From NCBI GenBank assembly GCA_023434425.1, contig JAEYSS010000220.1, positions 3,110 to 67,109 on the forward strand: a stretch of DNA of 64,000 nt, in the 5' to 3' direction. Shown one piece after another: positions 28,458 through 38,189 of this stretch (the stretch's first letter is position 1; each line of letters begins with the position of its first letter). The DNA comes from Pseudomonadota bacterium. Its GTDB lineage: Bacteria; Pseudomonadota; Alphaproteobacteria; Ferrovibrionales; Ferrovibrionaceae. Position numbers and translations under genes: made by a program. A model generated the notes under the pieces. It saw nothing but the letters and a program-made list of their open reading frames with translations. It did not search any database and had not been told where the DNA came from.

Positions 28458-29624
28458 ATGACCCCGCGCCCGCTTTTCATTTTCGGCATCGCCCGTTCCG
28501 GCACCAACCTGCTGGCCGGCATGCTTAATGCGCATCCGCAGGCGACGGTGATGCTGGATCCGCTGATGCCGCTATTCCGGCTCTGGCGCAATGCCGCCCT
28601 GGTCCGCGCCGGGCTGGATGTAGCGCCCGGCCTGCCCTTCCAGGACGGCTATTTTCAGAAGCAGGGCACCGCCATGCTGGATGCCGTTCTAGAGACGGAT
28701 ACGCGCCATGCCGTGTCTGCCAGCCAATTGCCGGATCTGACGGCGGCGGTGCAGGCTCGCATGGCGCTGGAGCATCCTGACCTGATCTCGATCATGGATG
28801 GCTGGCAGGGCGACACCGTGGATGCCCTGCTCAGGGATGCCATGGACCGGTTCGCGGCCGGGCTTCCCGCGCAGGATGGCGGTCGCGCCTGGCTCGGCAT
28901 CAAGGAAGTCTGGATCTCGGACTTCCTCCCCGCCCTGGCGCGCGCCCTGCCCGAAGCCCGCTTCCTGCTGATCGAGCGCGACCCACGCGGGGTGCTGGCC
29001 TCGTTGATCGGCCTGGCGCGCAAGGATGCCAGCCAGGCAGCGCATCTGGTCTCCTATCTGCGGCACTGGCGCAAATCGGCGGTACTGGCGCAGCGTTTTT
29101 CCAGCCTGCCGGAATTCTCCGGCCGGCTGCGTGTCGTCTCCTATGAGGAGCTGGCGCAAACGCCCGCCGCCACAATTGGCCGGGTCGCCAACTTCCTCGA
29201 CCTGGAGGCCGATGAAACCATGCTAAGGCCACGCTCCGTTGATGGCAGCGCGCGCGCGGCCAATACCAGCTTCTCGGCCTCGACGCCTATCAGCACGCAG
29301 TCAGTAGAACAGTGGCGCAAGGTGTTGTCGGAAGACGAAACAGCGCTGATAGAGACGCTCTGCGGGCCGGAAATGCGACTGTCGGGCTATACCCCTGCCT
29401 CCGCGGCCGACACCTGCAGCCCGGCGGTTCGCCGCGCCTGGATCCAGGCCGACAAGCAACCGGGCAGCTGGCGCAGCGATGCCGGCGACCTAGGCTTCGA
29501 CCTCGCCTTCGAGACGCTGCGCCGCCAGCTGCTGGAACAGAAAGACGCGGAAGTCGATGCGACCCTGATCCGACGCTGCTTCCTGTTCGAAGACACCTAC
29601 CGCCTTTTGCGCTCCACATACTGA
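28458..29624 (+). CDS. Sulfotransferase
   Basis: 5'-PSB motif GIARSGTNLL, 3'-PB motif RDPRGVLAS, VSYEEL. Confidence 0.87.
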   Translation: MTPRPLFIFGIARSGTNLLAGMLNAHPQATVMLDPLMPLFRLWRNAALVRAGLDVAPGLPFQDGYFQKQGTAMLDAVLETDTRHAVSASQLPDLTAAVQARMALEHPDLISIMDGWQGDTVDALLRDAMDRFAAGLPAQDGGRAWLGIKEVWISDFLPALARALPEARFLLIERDPRGVLASLIGLARKDASQAAHLVSYLRHWRKSAVLAQRFSSLPEFSGRLRVVSYEELAQTPAATIGRVANFLDLEADETMLRPRSVDGSARAANTSFSASTPISTQSVEQWRKVLSEDETALIETLCGPEMRLSGYTPASAADTCSPAVRRAWIQADKQPGSWRSDAGDLGFDLAFETLRRQLLEQKDAEVDATLIRRCFLFEDTYRLLRSTY

Positions 29625-29641
29625 TACCGACGGGCACCAAG

Positions 29642-30391
29642 ATGACGAAAGATTTCAGCTACCAGGAATATGTGACCGACAAGGAGTTTCTGGACGACTA
29701 CAATGCCTATCAGGCTCGCTACGCCACCAACATCCGGGAAAGCGACAAGGTCATCATCGCGATGATCGACAAGATGGTGGCTCAGGCAGGTGGCCGCAAA
29801 CTCCGCATCCTCGACATCGGCTGCTCAACCGGCAACCTGCTGCTACACCTCAAGCGCATGGTGCCGAATGCCGACTATGTTGGCGGCGACCTGGCGCTGT
29901 CCTCCCTTGAGCAATGCCGTAAGAATCCCGATCTCGCCGGCATTGCCTTCGAACAACTCGACATCACCAAGCTGCCGGCCGACTCCTACGATGTCGTGAT
30001 CGTCAACGCAGTCCTCTATATGTTCGATGAGGCGCAATACGACCAAGCACTGCACAGCATCGCGAACTCCCTGCGGGCCGGCGGCGCCAGCGTGATCTAC
30101 GACTTCGCCCATCCCTTCAAGCACCAGAACCTGACCATCCACGAGACCAGCGTGATGCATCCGAACGGCCTGCGTCTGTGCTTCCGGCCGATGAAGTACA
30201 TCGCCAGCCACATGACGGCGAACGGCTTCACCGGCATCGACTTCAACCCGTTCGAGCTGCCGATCGATCTGCCCAAGCCCGGCTTCGACGAGGAAGTGGT
30301 GACCTATACGGTCAACGGCGCGGCAGGTAACCGCATGATGTTCCGCGGGACGCTGTTCCAGCCGTGGTGTCACATGATTGCGCGCAAGTAG
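29642..30391 (+). CDS. Class I SAM methyltransferase
   Basis: Motifs ILDIGCSTG, GGDL, YDVV..NAVLY. Confidence 0.85.
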   Translation: MTKDFSYQEYVTDKEFLDDYNAYQARYATNIRESDKVIIAMIDKMVAQAGGRKLRILDIGCSTGNLLLHLKRMVPNADYVGGDLALSSLEQCRKNPDLAGIAFEQLDITKLPADSYDVVIVNAVLYMFDEAQYDQALHSIANSLRAGGASVIYDFAHPFKHQNLTIHETSVMHPNGLRLCFRPMKYIASHMTANGFTGIDFNPFELPIDLPKPGFDEEVVTYTVNGAAGNRMMFRGTLFQPWCHMIARK

Positions 30392-30416
30392 CTGCAGATG
30401 CACCGGGGAGACAGAC

Positions 30417-31247
30417 ATGACAGAGAAGATCGGGACCGATATTCCTGCAAAGTCCTATTGGAAGGAAAAAACCGAGCGTTACCTGGCGAGCCTTAATGGC
30501 CCGTATCACCGGCATCGCCTCGCAATGGTCAAACACCTTCTGCGAGAGACCTCGCTCGCCGGAGCAGCATGTCTCGATTTCGGATGCGGTGAGGGCATTT
30601 TCTCCGGCTATCTTCTCAATCAAGGCGCGACTGTGACCGGTTATGACATCGACGAAACGATGATCACGAAGGCGCAGGAAAACCTCCGGGGCAGCGCACC
30701 GTACGCACAATTCTCGGTCGGGAATGTTGATAGGCTGGCAGATGTTGCCGACTCCAGCATTGATCTAGTTGTCGCGCTGAACGTGCTCGCCTATTTCAAG
30801 CCACAAGAAGAGGCAACCTTTTATCAGCAGTCGCGCAGGATCCTGAAGCCCGGAGGTCACCTACTTATCACGCATTCGAACGAACTGTTCGATATGTTCA
30901 CTTTCAATCGATATACAGTGGCGTTCTTCAAGACCCATTTTTCCCATGCCAACATAGCGGCTGACCCCACATCATTGCTAACGAACCCAGATCTTCCGGA
31001 TCGACAAACTTTCGCCATTCGCGAAAATCCGCTCAACTATCGCTACAAGTTGAAGCGGTACGGTTTCGACGAACGAGAACAGCAATTCGCCAGCCTACAT
31101 CCACTCCCACCCCTTCTGATGAAGGGTTGGGATCCGGACGACATCAACGCGCATACGTTCCACGATACATTGAACTGGCCCGACGAAGAAAAATGGAAGC
31201 TGGCATTCATGTGCAGTATGTTTGGCAGCTATTCCAGAAAAGCGTGA
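30417..31247 (+). CDS. Class I SAM methyltransferase (A/T-richer gene)
   Basis: Motifs LDFGCGEG, GYDID, RILKPGG. GGGGAG RBS. Confidence 0.85.
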   Translation: MTEKIGTDIPAKSYWKEKTERYLASLNGPYHRHRLAMVKHLLRETSLAGAACLDFGCGEGIFSGYLLNQGATVTGYDIDETMITKAQENLRGSAPYAQFSVGNVDRLADVADSSIDLVVALNVLAYFKPQEEATFYQQSRRILKPGGHLLITHSNELFDMFTFNRYTVAFFKTHFSHANIAADPTSLLTNPDLPDRQTFAIRENPLNYRYKLKRYGFDEREQQFASLHPLPPLLMKGWDPDDINAHTFHDTLNWPDEEKWKLAFMCSMFGSYSRKA

Positions 31248-31257
31248 CGCTATCTCC

Positions 31258-32613
31258 ATGACTGATATGCTCCCCCTGATCCGCGATCTCTGCGCCATCC
31301 GCACCGCCGTGGTCGCCGACGGCAACGAAGCCCTGTTCGCGCGTATCGCGCGGGAGCTGCCGCTGGACTATTTCCGCTTCCGCTCGGGTGACAGCCATAA
31401 CGGCTGGGTGGTGCCCGACAACTGGAGGGTCAAGCGCGCGAAGGTTTTCCGCGACAGCAATGAAGTCTTCGACGGCACGCAGAACAGCCTCGGCGTCGGC
31501 TATTACTCGAAATCCTTCTCCGGCGAGCTCGACTGGGAAACGCTGCGCGGGAAGATCGTCAGCAACCCCGACCTGCCGGACGCCTATATGTTCCACTGCT
31601 TGTGGCAGTATCGTCCCTGGGATGCCGACTGGCGCCTGGTGATGCCATACAACTTGGCCCGTACGCTGGGGCCGGGCCGCTATCGCGTCGAGCTGGAGAC
31701 CGAGTACAGCCCGGGCGAAATGCTGGTGGCCCACAGCCACAAGGCCGGCCGCTCGGGCAAGACCATCGTTTTCAACTCCAACAACTGCCATCCGCATATG
31801 GCCAATGACGGCTTTGCCGGTACGGCCGTGCTGATCCGGTTGATGCAGTGGCTGTCGCAGCAGGACACTTATTACAGCTATCGCCTGATGATCGGGCCAG
31901 AACATCTCGGCAGCGTCTTCTACCTGCGCGATCTGCCATGCAGGGACGTCGATGCCATGGTCTGCGGTGTGTTCGAGGAAATGCCCGGCACCCAAGGGGC
32001 GATCAAGGCCACCGCCACGTTCAACGGCGGCCACATGATCGATCGCGCCTTTGCCAATGCGCTGCGCAGCTATTTTCCCGATCACCACACTCTGGTGCCC
32101 TGGCGCAAGGGGGCGGGCAATGACGAAACCGTCTGGGAGGCTCCCGGTTACGAGGTCCCCTTCGTCGAGCTGACCCGCTGCGAGGAGCAGTTCGCCCCCT
32201 ATCGTGAATATCATTCCAGCCTCGACACGCCGGAACTGATGGACCCAAACCGGCTGGACGAGATGCTGACCGTGCTCAAGCGTGTGGTGGAAACGCTGGA
32301 GAATAATGCCTTTGTCCAGCGCAGCTTCGACGGGTTGATCTGCCTGTCGAATCCGCAATACGGCCTATATATGGAACGCCCGGATCCAACCGTGGTGAAG
32401 GACCTTGATGCCGATGCGGAGAAATGGGGCCATCTGCTGGACTGCCTGTTCCGCTACATGGATGGCACGATGACGGTACTCGACATCGCCGAGAAACATG
32501 ATCTGCCATTCGACCGCCTGTTGCGGTATCTGCGCCAGTTCGAGGCCAAAGGCCTGGTGAAATTGTCGCGGGCAGAGATCGCCCGCAGCGCCCCGACGCG
32601 GATGCAGGAATGA
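31258..32613 (+). CDS. DUF4910 / DUF2172 aminopeptidase-like protein with C-terminal HTH
   Basis: Motifs GWVVPDNW, GYYS, CHPHMAND, PEHLGS, YREYHSSLD, LSNPQYGLY, MDG.MTVLDIAE. Confidence 0.78.
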   Translation: MTDMLPLIRDLCAIRTAVVADGNEALFARIARELPLDYFRFRSGDSHNGWVVPDNWRVKRAKVFRDSNEVFDGTQNSLGVGYYSKSFSGELDWETLRGKIVSNPDLPDAYMFHCLWQYRPWDADWRLVMPYNLARTLGPGRYRVELETEYSPGEMLVAHSHKAGRSGKTIVFNSNNCHPHMANDGFAGTAVLIRLMQWLSQQDTYYSYRLMIGPEHLGSVFYLRDLPCRDVDAMVCGVFEEMPGTQGAIKATATFNGGHMIDRAFANALRSYFPDHHTLVPWRKGAGNDETVWEAPGYEVPFVELTRCEEQFAPYREYHSSLDTPELMDPNRLDEMLTVLKRVVETLENNAFVQRSFDGLICLSNPQYGLYMERPDPTVVKDLDADAEKWGHLLDCLFRYMDGTMTVLDIAEKHDLPFDRLLRYLRQFEAKGLVKLSRAEIARSAPTRMQE

Positions 32614-33224
32614 TCACGATCATCGACAGCGGCATCGCCAATATCGGCTCGGTCACCTCGGCGCTGCGCCGGGTGGGCGCCGCATACCAAGTCGTCACCG
32701 ATGCCGACCGGGTCGGCCAAGCCCGCGCCCTGATCCTGCCGGGCGTCGGAACCTTCGTCGACGGCATGAGAAGCCTGCAGCGGAACAACTTGGTCGAGCC
32801 GGTCCGTACGGTCGCCGCCAGCGGCCGCCCCGTCCTCGGCATCTGCCTCGGCATGCAGCTGTTGGCTGACCACAGCGAAGAATTCGGTGACACCGCCGGC
32901 CTGGGACTGGTACCCGGGCGGGTGGTGCGGCTGCCTGCACGCCCCGGGCTGCGCATTCCCAATATCGGCTGGTGCGATGTCGCGCTGAAGCCGAATGCCC
33001 GCATGTTCGGCGGCGTCGCCGACGGCTCCGCCTTCTACTTCGTGCACAGCTATCACATGCTGTGCGAGAACCTCGCCACATCGGTGGGCACCATCGGCCT
33101 GGATGGGGAAACCTTCACCATCGCCGTCCAGCACGGCAACGTATTCGGTGCCCAATTCCACCCGGAAAAGAGCCAGGATGTCGGCCTGACATTCCTTGCC
33201 AATTTCGCCGCTCTTGCTGCCTGA
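32610..33224 (+). CDS. hisH: HisH-like glutamine amidotransferase (WbuY-type)
   Basis: Motifs LILPGVG, LGICLGMQ, FYFVHSY, QFHPEKS (intact catalytic triad). Confidence 0.92.
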   Translation: MITIIDSGIANIGSVTSALRRVGAAYQVVTDADRVGQARALILPGVGTFVDGMRSLQRNNLVEPVRTVAASGRPVLGICLGMQLLADHSEEFGDTAGLGLVPGRVVRLPARPGLRIPNIGWCDVALKPNARMFGGVADGSAFYFVHSYHMLCENLATSVGTIGLDGETFTIAVQHGNVFGAQFHPEKSQDVGLTFLANFAALAA

Positions 33225-33240
33225 ACCCTGCGGCCACAGC

Positions 33241-35319
33241 ATGACCAATGCCTCCATCGTCCGACCGCGCCTGATACCCGTGCTTCTGCTGAAGCATGGC
33301 GTCATCGTGCGCAGCCAGCTTTTCAAGGTGCACCAGGTCATCGGTAACCCGATGAGTACCGTCGAACGCTATTCGCAGTGGAATGTGGACGAGCTGGTCA
33401 TCCTCGACATCAGCCGCGGCGAGGACAAACACGACCTGCGCCGCGACGACATTCAGCAGAGCTACGGCGGCGAGAAGGCGCTAGATGTCCTGAAGGCGAT
33501 CGCCGAAGTCTGCTTCATGCCGCTGACCTTCGGCGGCCGCATCCGCAGCATCAAGGATATCGAACTGCGCCTTGCCGCGGGCGCCGACAAGGTTTCACTG
33601 AATACCGCGGCCTTCGACGATCCGGATTTCATTGAAAAGGCCGCGAAACGGTTCGGCAGCCAGTGCATCGTCGCCTCGATCGACGCCCAGCTTAAGAAAG
33701 ATGGGGGCTGGGAGGTTTTCGTGGACGGCGGCAGTCGCGCCACCGGCCTGGACCCGGTACAATGGGCACGCCAGCTGGAGCAGCGCGGCGCCGGCGAGAT
33801 CCTGTTGAATTCAATCGACCGCGACGGCTCAGGCCAAGGCTACGACCTCGGTCTGATCAGCCATGTCTCCGATGCCGTCGGCGTCCCTGTCATCGCCTGC
33901 GGCGGCGTGGGCAGTTATGAGCATTTCGCGTCCGCTTTGACGGAAGGTGGCGCGGCGGCGGCGGCGGCAGCCAATATCTTCCACTTCTTCGAGCTCAGCT
34001 ATCCGCATGCCAAGCAGGCGACGATCGCCGCAGGCGCGCCATTGCGCCCGGTCCAACTCGGCTCGCGCTTCCTGACCCGCGAACCCGTCTATGACACGGC
34101 CCGCGAGGGCCGGCGGATCAATGAACGCCTGCGCCAAGCCCGCGAGGCCGATTACCCGGCCGCCCGGCCGGAAGCGGCAGCGAAGCGGCGCAGCATCCGC
34201 TGGTGCACCGAATGCGTCTACCCGTCGATTTCCGCCGCGCCGATGGAATTCGACGATGCCGGCGTCTGCACCGGCTGCCAGATGGCGAAGGTCAAGTCGG
34301 CCATCCCGATGTCGGAATGGGGACGCCGCAAGAACTTGCTGCGCGACCTGCTGGAACAGTATCGCTGCAAGGACGGCAGTCGGCATGATTGCGTGATCGC
34401 CGTGTCCGGCGGTAAGGATTCCTACTTCCAGGTCCATGTCCTGAAGGAAGAATTCGGCCTCAACCCGCTGCTCGTGACCTATGACGGCAACAACTGGACC
34501 GATGTCGGCTGGCGCAACATGGTCCGCATGCGCGAGGCCTTCGACGTCGACCATGTCGTTGTGCGCCCATCCGTCACCACGCTGAAGAAGCTGAACCGCC
34601 TGGCCTTCACCATCATGGGCGACATGAACTGGCACGGCCATGTCGGCATCATGACTGTGCCGATGATGGTGGCGGCCGAACGTGCCATCCCGCTGGTTTT
34701 CTACGGTGAACATGGCTACCTCGACCTATGTGGCCAGTTCTCCATGGATGATTTCCCCGAGGTCACCTACCGCGACCGGCTGGAGCATTTCGCCCGCGGC
34801 TACGAATGGACCTATTTCGTCGGTCGGGAAAATCTGACTGCTCAAGACCTGTCGATCTGGAAATATCCGACCGACCAGAAGATTCTCGACATCGACCTGC
34901 GCGGCATCTTCCTCGGCAACTACGTCTATTGGGAAGCCAACGAGCATATCAAGCTGGTGACGGAACGTTACGGCTTCGAGATCTCGCACGAGCCCTTCGA
35001 CCGCACCTATCGGACCATGTCGAACCTAGACGATATGCACGAGAATGGCGCACACGATTATCTCAAATACATCAAGTTCGGCTATGGCCGCGCTACCGAT
35101 CACGCCTGCAAGGATATTCGCGCCCGTATCATGAGCCGGGGCCAGGCGATCCGCACGGTCAATCACTACGATCCGATCAAGCCAAGCGACATCCGCCGCT
35201 GGCTCGATTATGTCGGCATGACGGAAGAGGAATTCGACAGTATCGCCGATACATTCCGCGATCCCCGCGTCTGGCGCATGGAAAGCGGCCAGTGGCGGCG
35301 CGACGCCCTGGAGGAATGA
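33241..35319 (+). CDS. Fusion of HisF-like cyclase (WbuZ-type) and N-acetyl sugar amidotransferase (WbuX-type)
   Basis: N half: RLIPVLLL, DELVILDI, PLTFGG, GADKV, GAGEILLNSIDRDG. C half: CTEC, CTGC, VSGGKDS, YGE, KFGYGRA. One continuous ORF. Confidence 0.88.
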   Translation: MTNASIVRPRLIPVLLLKHGVIVRSQLFKVHQVIGNPMSTVERYSQWNVDELVILDISRGEDKHDLRRDDIQQSYGGEKALDVLKAIAEVCFMPLTFGGRIRSIKDIELRLAAGADKVSLNTAAFDDPDFIEKAAKRFGSQCIVASIDAQLKKDGGWEVFVDGGSRATGLDPVQWARQLEQRGAGEILLNSIDRDGSGQGYDLGLISHVSDAVGVPVIACGGVGSYEHFASALTEGGAAAAAAANIFHFFELSYPHAKQATIAAGAPLRPVQLGSRFLTREPVYDTAREGRRINERLRQAREADYPAARPEAAAKRRSIRWCTECVYPSISAAPMEFDDAGVCTGCQMAKVKSAIPMSEWGRRKNLLRDLLEQYRCKDGSRHDCVIAVSGGKDSYFQVHVLKEEFGLNPLLVTYDGNNWTDVGWRNMVRMREAFDVDHVVVRPSVTTLKKLNRLAFTIMGDMNWHGHVGIMTVPMMVAAERAIPLVFYGEHGYLDLCGQFSMDDFPEVTYRDRLEHFARGYEWTYFVGRENLTAQDLSIWKYPTDQKILDIDLRGIFLGNYVYWEANEHIKLVTERYGFEISHEPFDRTYRTMSNLDDMHENGAHDYLKYIKFGYGRATDHACKDIRARIMSRGQAIRTVNHYDPIKPSDIRRWLDYVGMTEEEFDSIADTFRDPRVWRMESGQWRRDALEE

Positions 35320-35320
35320 C

Positions 35321-37108
35321 GTGCTGACGCTGATCCGCAGGGCATTCGGTCTGGTCGATGTCAGCAATCGGCCCTGGATCGCTGCCTATCTCGTTGCCGC
35401 GTTGCTAACCTCGGCGTTGGAAGCCACTGGTCTGGCGATGGTCTATCTGTTCTTCCAGATCGCTCTTAGCCCGGGCGATTATCTGAACAATTCCGTCGTC
35501 GGCTTCCTGCACCAGATCGTCGGTCAGCCGGCATACGGGACTTTTCTCGCCCAGCTCAGCTTCCTGGTTGTCGCCGCCTTCGCGCTGCGCTCACTACTGA
35601 TGCTCGCTTCGGCCTGGATCGCGCTCGCCTTCCGACGCCGCATCCAGTATCGCCTCACCAGCCGGATGTTCCGGATCTATCTTTCGCAACCCTATACCTG
35701 GCACCTGAATCGCGGCGAGGTGCGTCTGATCAACAACGTCGCGCAGAATATCCCCCATATCGCGCAGCACGTGGTCATCGCCAGCCTGGATGCCTTCAGC
35801 TCATCCGTCGTGCTACTGGCGCTGTTCTGCACGGCTTTCGCCATCAAGCCGGTCGAGACCACCCTGGGCCTCGTCGCGATTGGCTTCCTTGCCGGCCTGT
35901 ACATGCTGTTCATCCGCAAATACCTAACGCGCTGGGGCAATGAGTGGATGCGGTCGGCCGAGGATATGTGGCGCTCGGTGACCGAGCCGCTGCGCGGCAT
36001 CAAGACCGTAAAGATCATGGGTCTGGAGGGCTATTTCGCCAACCGGCTCGACGAGAATGCCTGGCGCATGCTTTCCGCCTTCATGCGCAACTCGCTGGCC
36101 CAGATGTCGCCGCGCTTCATTTTCGAGACGATCATCATCGGTGGCGTGCTAGTTTCGGTCGGCGCAGCCTTCGCCTCGGGCATGACTGCCGCCGAAGTGA
36201 TCCCGTCGATGGCCATGTTCGCCGCCGCGGCCATGCGCATCATCCCCAATGTCACGGCAATCCTGAACCACTTCCAGTATTTCCGCATGTCCACCCCCAT
36301 CCTTACGACGATTTATGAGGATGCCGCACTTGCAGAAAAGCCGATGCCGAGGGCGCTCGAAGCTCATGGCGGCGCACCAGCCTTCACTTCCATCGAACTG
36401 AAGGACGTCGACTTCTCCTACGGCGACCGGCGCGTACTGTCCGATGTGTCCCTGTCGCTGCGGCCCGGCGAGCATGTCGCGCTCGTCGGCCTGTCTGGCG
36501 CGGGAAAAACCACACTGGTCGATATCATGCTGGGCCTGATGCAGCCCTCGCGGGGGCGGCTGTTCCTGGATGGCAAGGAGGTTGGCGTCTTCCCGCGCCA
36601 GCTATTCTCCTATGTTCCGCAGGAAAGCTTCGTCATCCACGACAGCCTGGCTCGGAACATCGCCATCGGGCACAGCGACATAGATAAGGCCTCCGTGGAT
36701 AAATCGGTCCGCGCCGCCGCTTTGCAGACCGTCGCTGCCAGGTTGCCGCAGGGCCTCGATACCCTGATGGGCGATGCCAACGGCCTGTCCGGCGGCGAGC
36801 GTCAGCGCCTCGGCATCGCCCGGGCATTGTACTGCGACGCCTCTGTCCTGGTGATGGATGAGCCGACATCCGCTCTCGACTCCGTCACGGAAGCCGAAAT
36901 CGTGCAGGGGATCGAGGCGCTACGCGGCCGGAAGGCCGTAGTGATGATCGCGCATCGCCTCAGCACCGTGAAAAGCTTTGACCGAATTGTCCTGATGGAT
37001 GACGGGCGGATTATCGGCTCCGGTTCCTTCGCCGAACTCTACAAGTCCAACGCCAAATTCAAGATCATGGTCGATTATCTCTCCTTCTCCGGGGCGCAGG
37101 TTCTGTAG
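35321..37108 (+). CDS. ABC transporter, fused TMD-NBD (PglK/MsbA-like glycan exporter)
   Basis: N-terminal hydrophobic helices, Walker A GLSGAGKT, LSGGERQR, MDEPTSALD, IAHRLST. Confidence 0.9.
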   Translation: MLTLIRRAFGLVDVSNRPWIAAYLVAALLTSALEATGLAMVYLFFQIALSPGDYLNNSVVGFLHQIVGQPAYGTFLAQLSFLVVAAFALRSLLMLASAWIALAFRRRIQYRLTSRMFRIYLSQPYTWHLNRGEVRLINNVAQNIPHIAQHVVIASLDAFSSSVVLLALFCTAFAIKPVETTLGLVAIGFLAGLYMLFIRKYLTRWGNEWMRSAEDMWRSVTEPLRGIKTVKIMGLEGYFANRLDENAWRMLSAFMRNSLAQMSPRFIFETIIIGGVLVSVGAAFASGMTAAEVIPSMAMFAAAAMRIIPNVTAILNHFQYFRMSTPILTTIYEDAALAEKPMPRALEAHGGAPAFTSIELKDVDFSYGDRRVLSDVSLSLRPGEHVALVGLSGAGKTTLVDIMLGLMQPSRGRLFLDGKEVGVFPRQLFSYVPQESFVIHDSLARNIAIGHSDIDKASVDKSVRAAALQTVAARLPQGLDTLMGDANGLSGGERQRLGIARALYCDASVLVMDEPTSALDSVTEAEIVQGIEALRGRKAVVMIAHRLSTVKSFDRIVLMDDGRIIGSGSFAELYKSNAKFKIMVDYLSFSGAQVL

Positions 37109-37134
37109 GCCATCACAACGGCACAAAGACGGAG

Positions 37135-38187
37135 ATGCAGATGAAAACTTTGCTCGATATGCGTTTGCCGGATGGTCGGGGCGTGGTCGATGTCTTGTTC
37201 GCCGCCTTGCCGGCAGACCAGAACATGCCCACGATCATTGATGTCGGCGCCCGCAACGGCTTCTTCCTGCTGCCGCCGTGCTACACTGCGCGGTCGGCCA
37301 TGCTCGGCTTCGAGCCGAACCGCGAGGAATATGACAAGCTGGTCACCGGCACCACCGACGCCCAGCGGTTCTTCGGCTGGAACACGCCGTTCAAGGAAAC
37401 CCGCTTCCATCCCTATGCCGTATGGAACCAGGACGGGGAGTTCGATTTCTTCATCACCAATGGACCTGGCGCCTGCACGATGATGGGGCCGACCACGGAG
37501 GTCGCCCGCAACCTGTTCTATCTCTATCCGATGAGCAGTCGCCGCCAGAAAAGCTTCGAGGAACTGCATAGCGGCGTGGTGAGGACCACCAAGGTCGAAT
37601 GCCGTAGGCTCGACGCCCTGGTGGACAGGAACACCACCGTCGACTTTCTCAAGCTGGATGTCGAGGGCGGCGAGGCCAATGTCCTGGCCGGCGCGAAAGA
37701 ACTTCTGGCGAACAACCAGATCCTGGCGGTCCGCGCCGAATTCCAGATGCTGCATTATTATCGCGAGCATCCGGTGCTGCATGTGCAGCATCGCATCTTG
37801 GATGATGCCGGCTTCCGGCTGGTCGACCTGGATACCGCCCATGTCCGTTATCGCCAGGGCCGTTTCGACCTGCCGGACGACTGCAACAAGGGCATGCTGG
37901 TGGCCGGCGACGCGCTCTATATCCGCGACCCCTACCGCTCCAATCTGTCGCCTGTCGAACTGCATCGGCTCGGCATTCTGTGCATATCGCTGTGGTACAA
38001 CTCGTTCGGTCTCTTCCTGCTCGAACGCGCCGGCCTGCTGTCCTTGGCGGATATCGAGGCAATTTACGGCGTGGCCTGCGATACCCGCATGATGACCTGG
38101 CGCGGCCGCGTGGTTCGTGCGTGGGGACGCATGCCCTATAAGGCATTCGAGATTCTGAGCACACTCAAGCGGAAACTGAGTAAGTAA
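37135..38187 (+). CDS. FkbM-family methyltransferase
   Basis: Motifs IDVGAR, GFEP, RLD, FLKLDVEGGE. Confidence 0.85.
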   Translation: MQMKTLLDMRLPDGRGVVDVLFAALPADQNMPTIIDVGARNGFFLLPPCYTARSAMLGFEPNREEYDKLVTGTTDAQRFFGWNTPFKETRFHPYAVWNQDGEFDFFITNGPGACTMMGPTTEVARNLFYLYPMSSRRQKSFEELHSGVVRTTKVECRRLDALVDRNTTVDFLKLDVEGGEANVLAGAKELLANNQILAVRAEFQMLHYYREHPVLHVQHRILDDAGFRLVDLDTAHVRYRQGRFDLPDDCNKGMLVAGDALYIRDPYRSNLSPVELHRLGILCISLWYNSFGLFLLERAGLLSLADIEAIYGVACDTRMMTWRGRVVRAWGRMPYKAFEILSTLKRKLSK

Positions 38188-38189
38188 AG

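Noticed and set aside
27314..28591. Long antisense ORFs (also 15256-16335, 31207-32358, 44370-45557, 56569-57753, 60740-61717)
   Set aside because: Shadow ORFs opposite well-supported genes in high-GC DNA, with no recognisable motifs.
32610..34050. hisH/hisF as histidine biosynthesis genes
   Set aside because: No other his genes are nearby, the HisF catalytic Asp is missing, and the domain is fused to WbuX. These are glycan-amidination paralogs.
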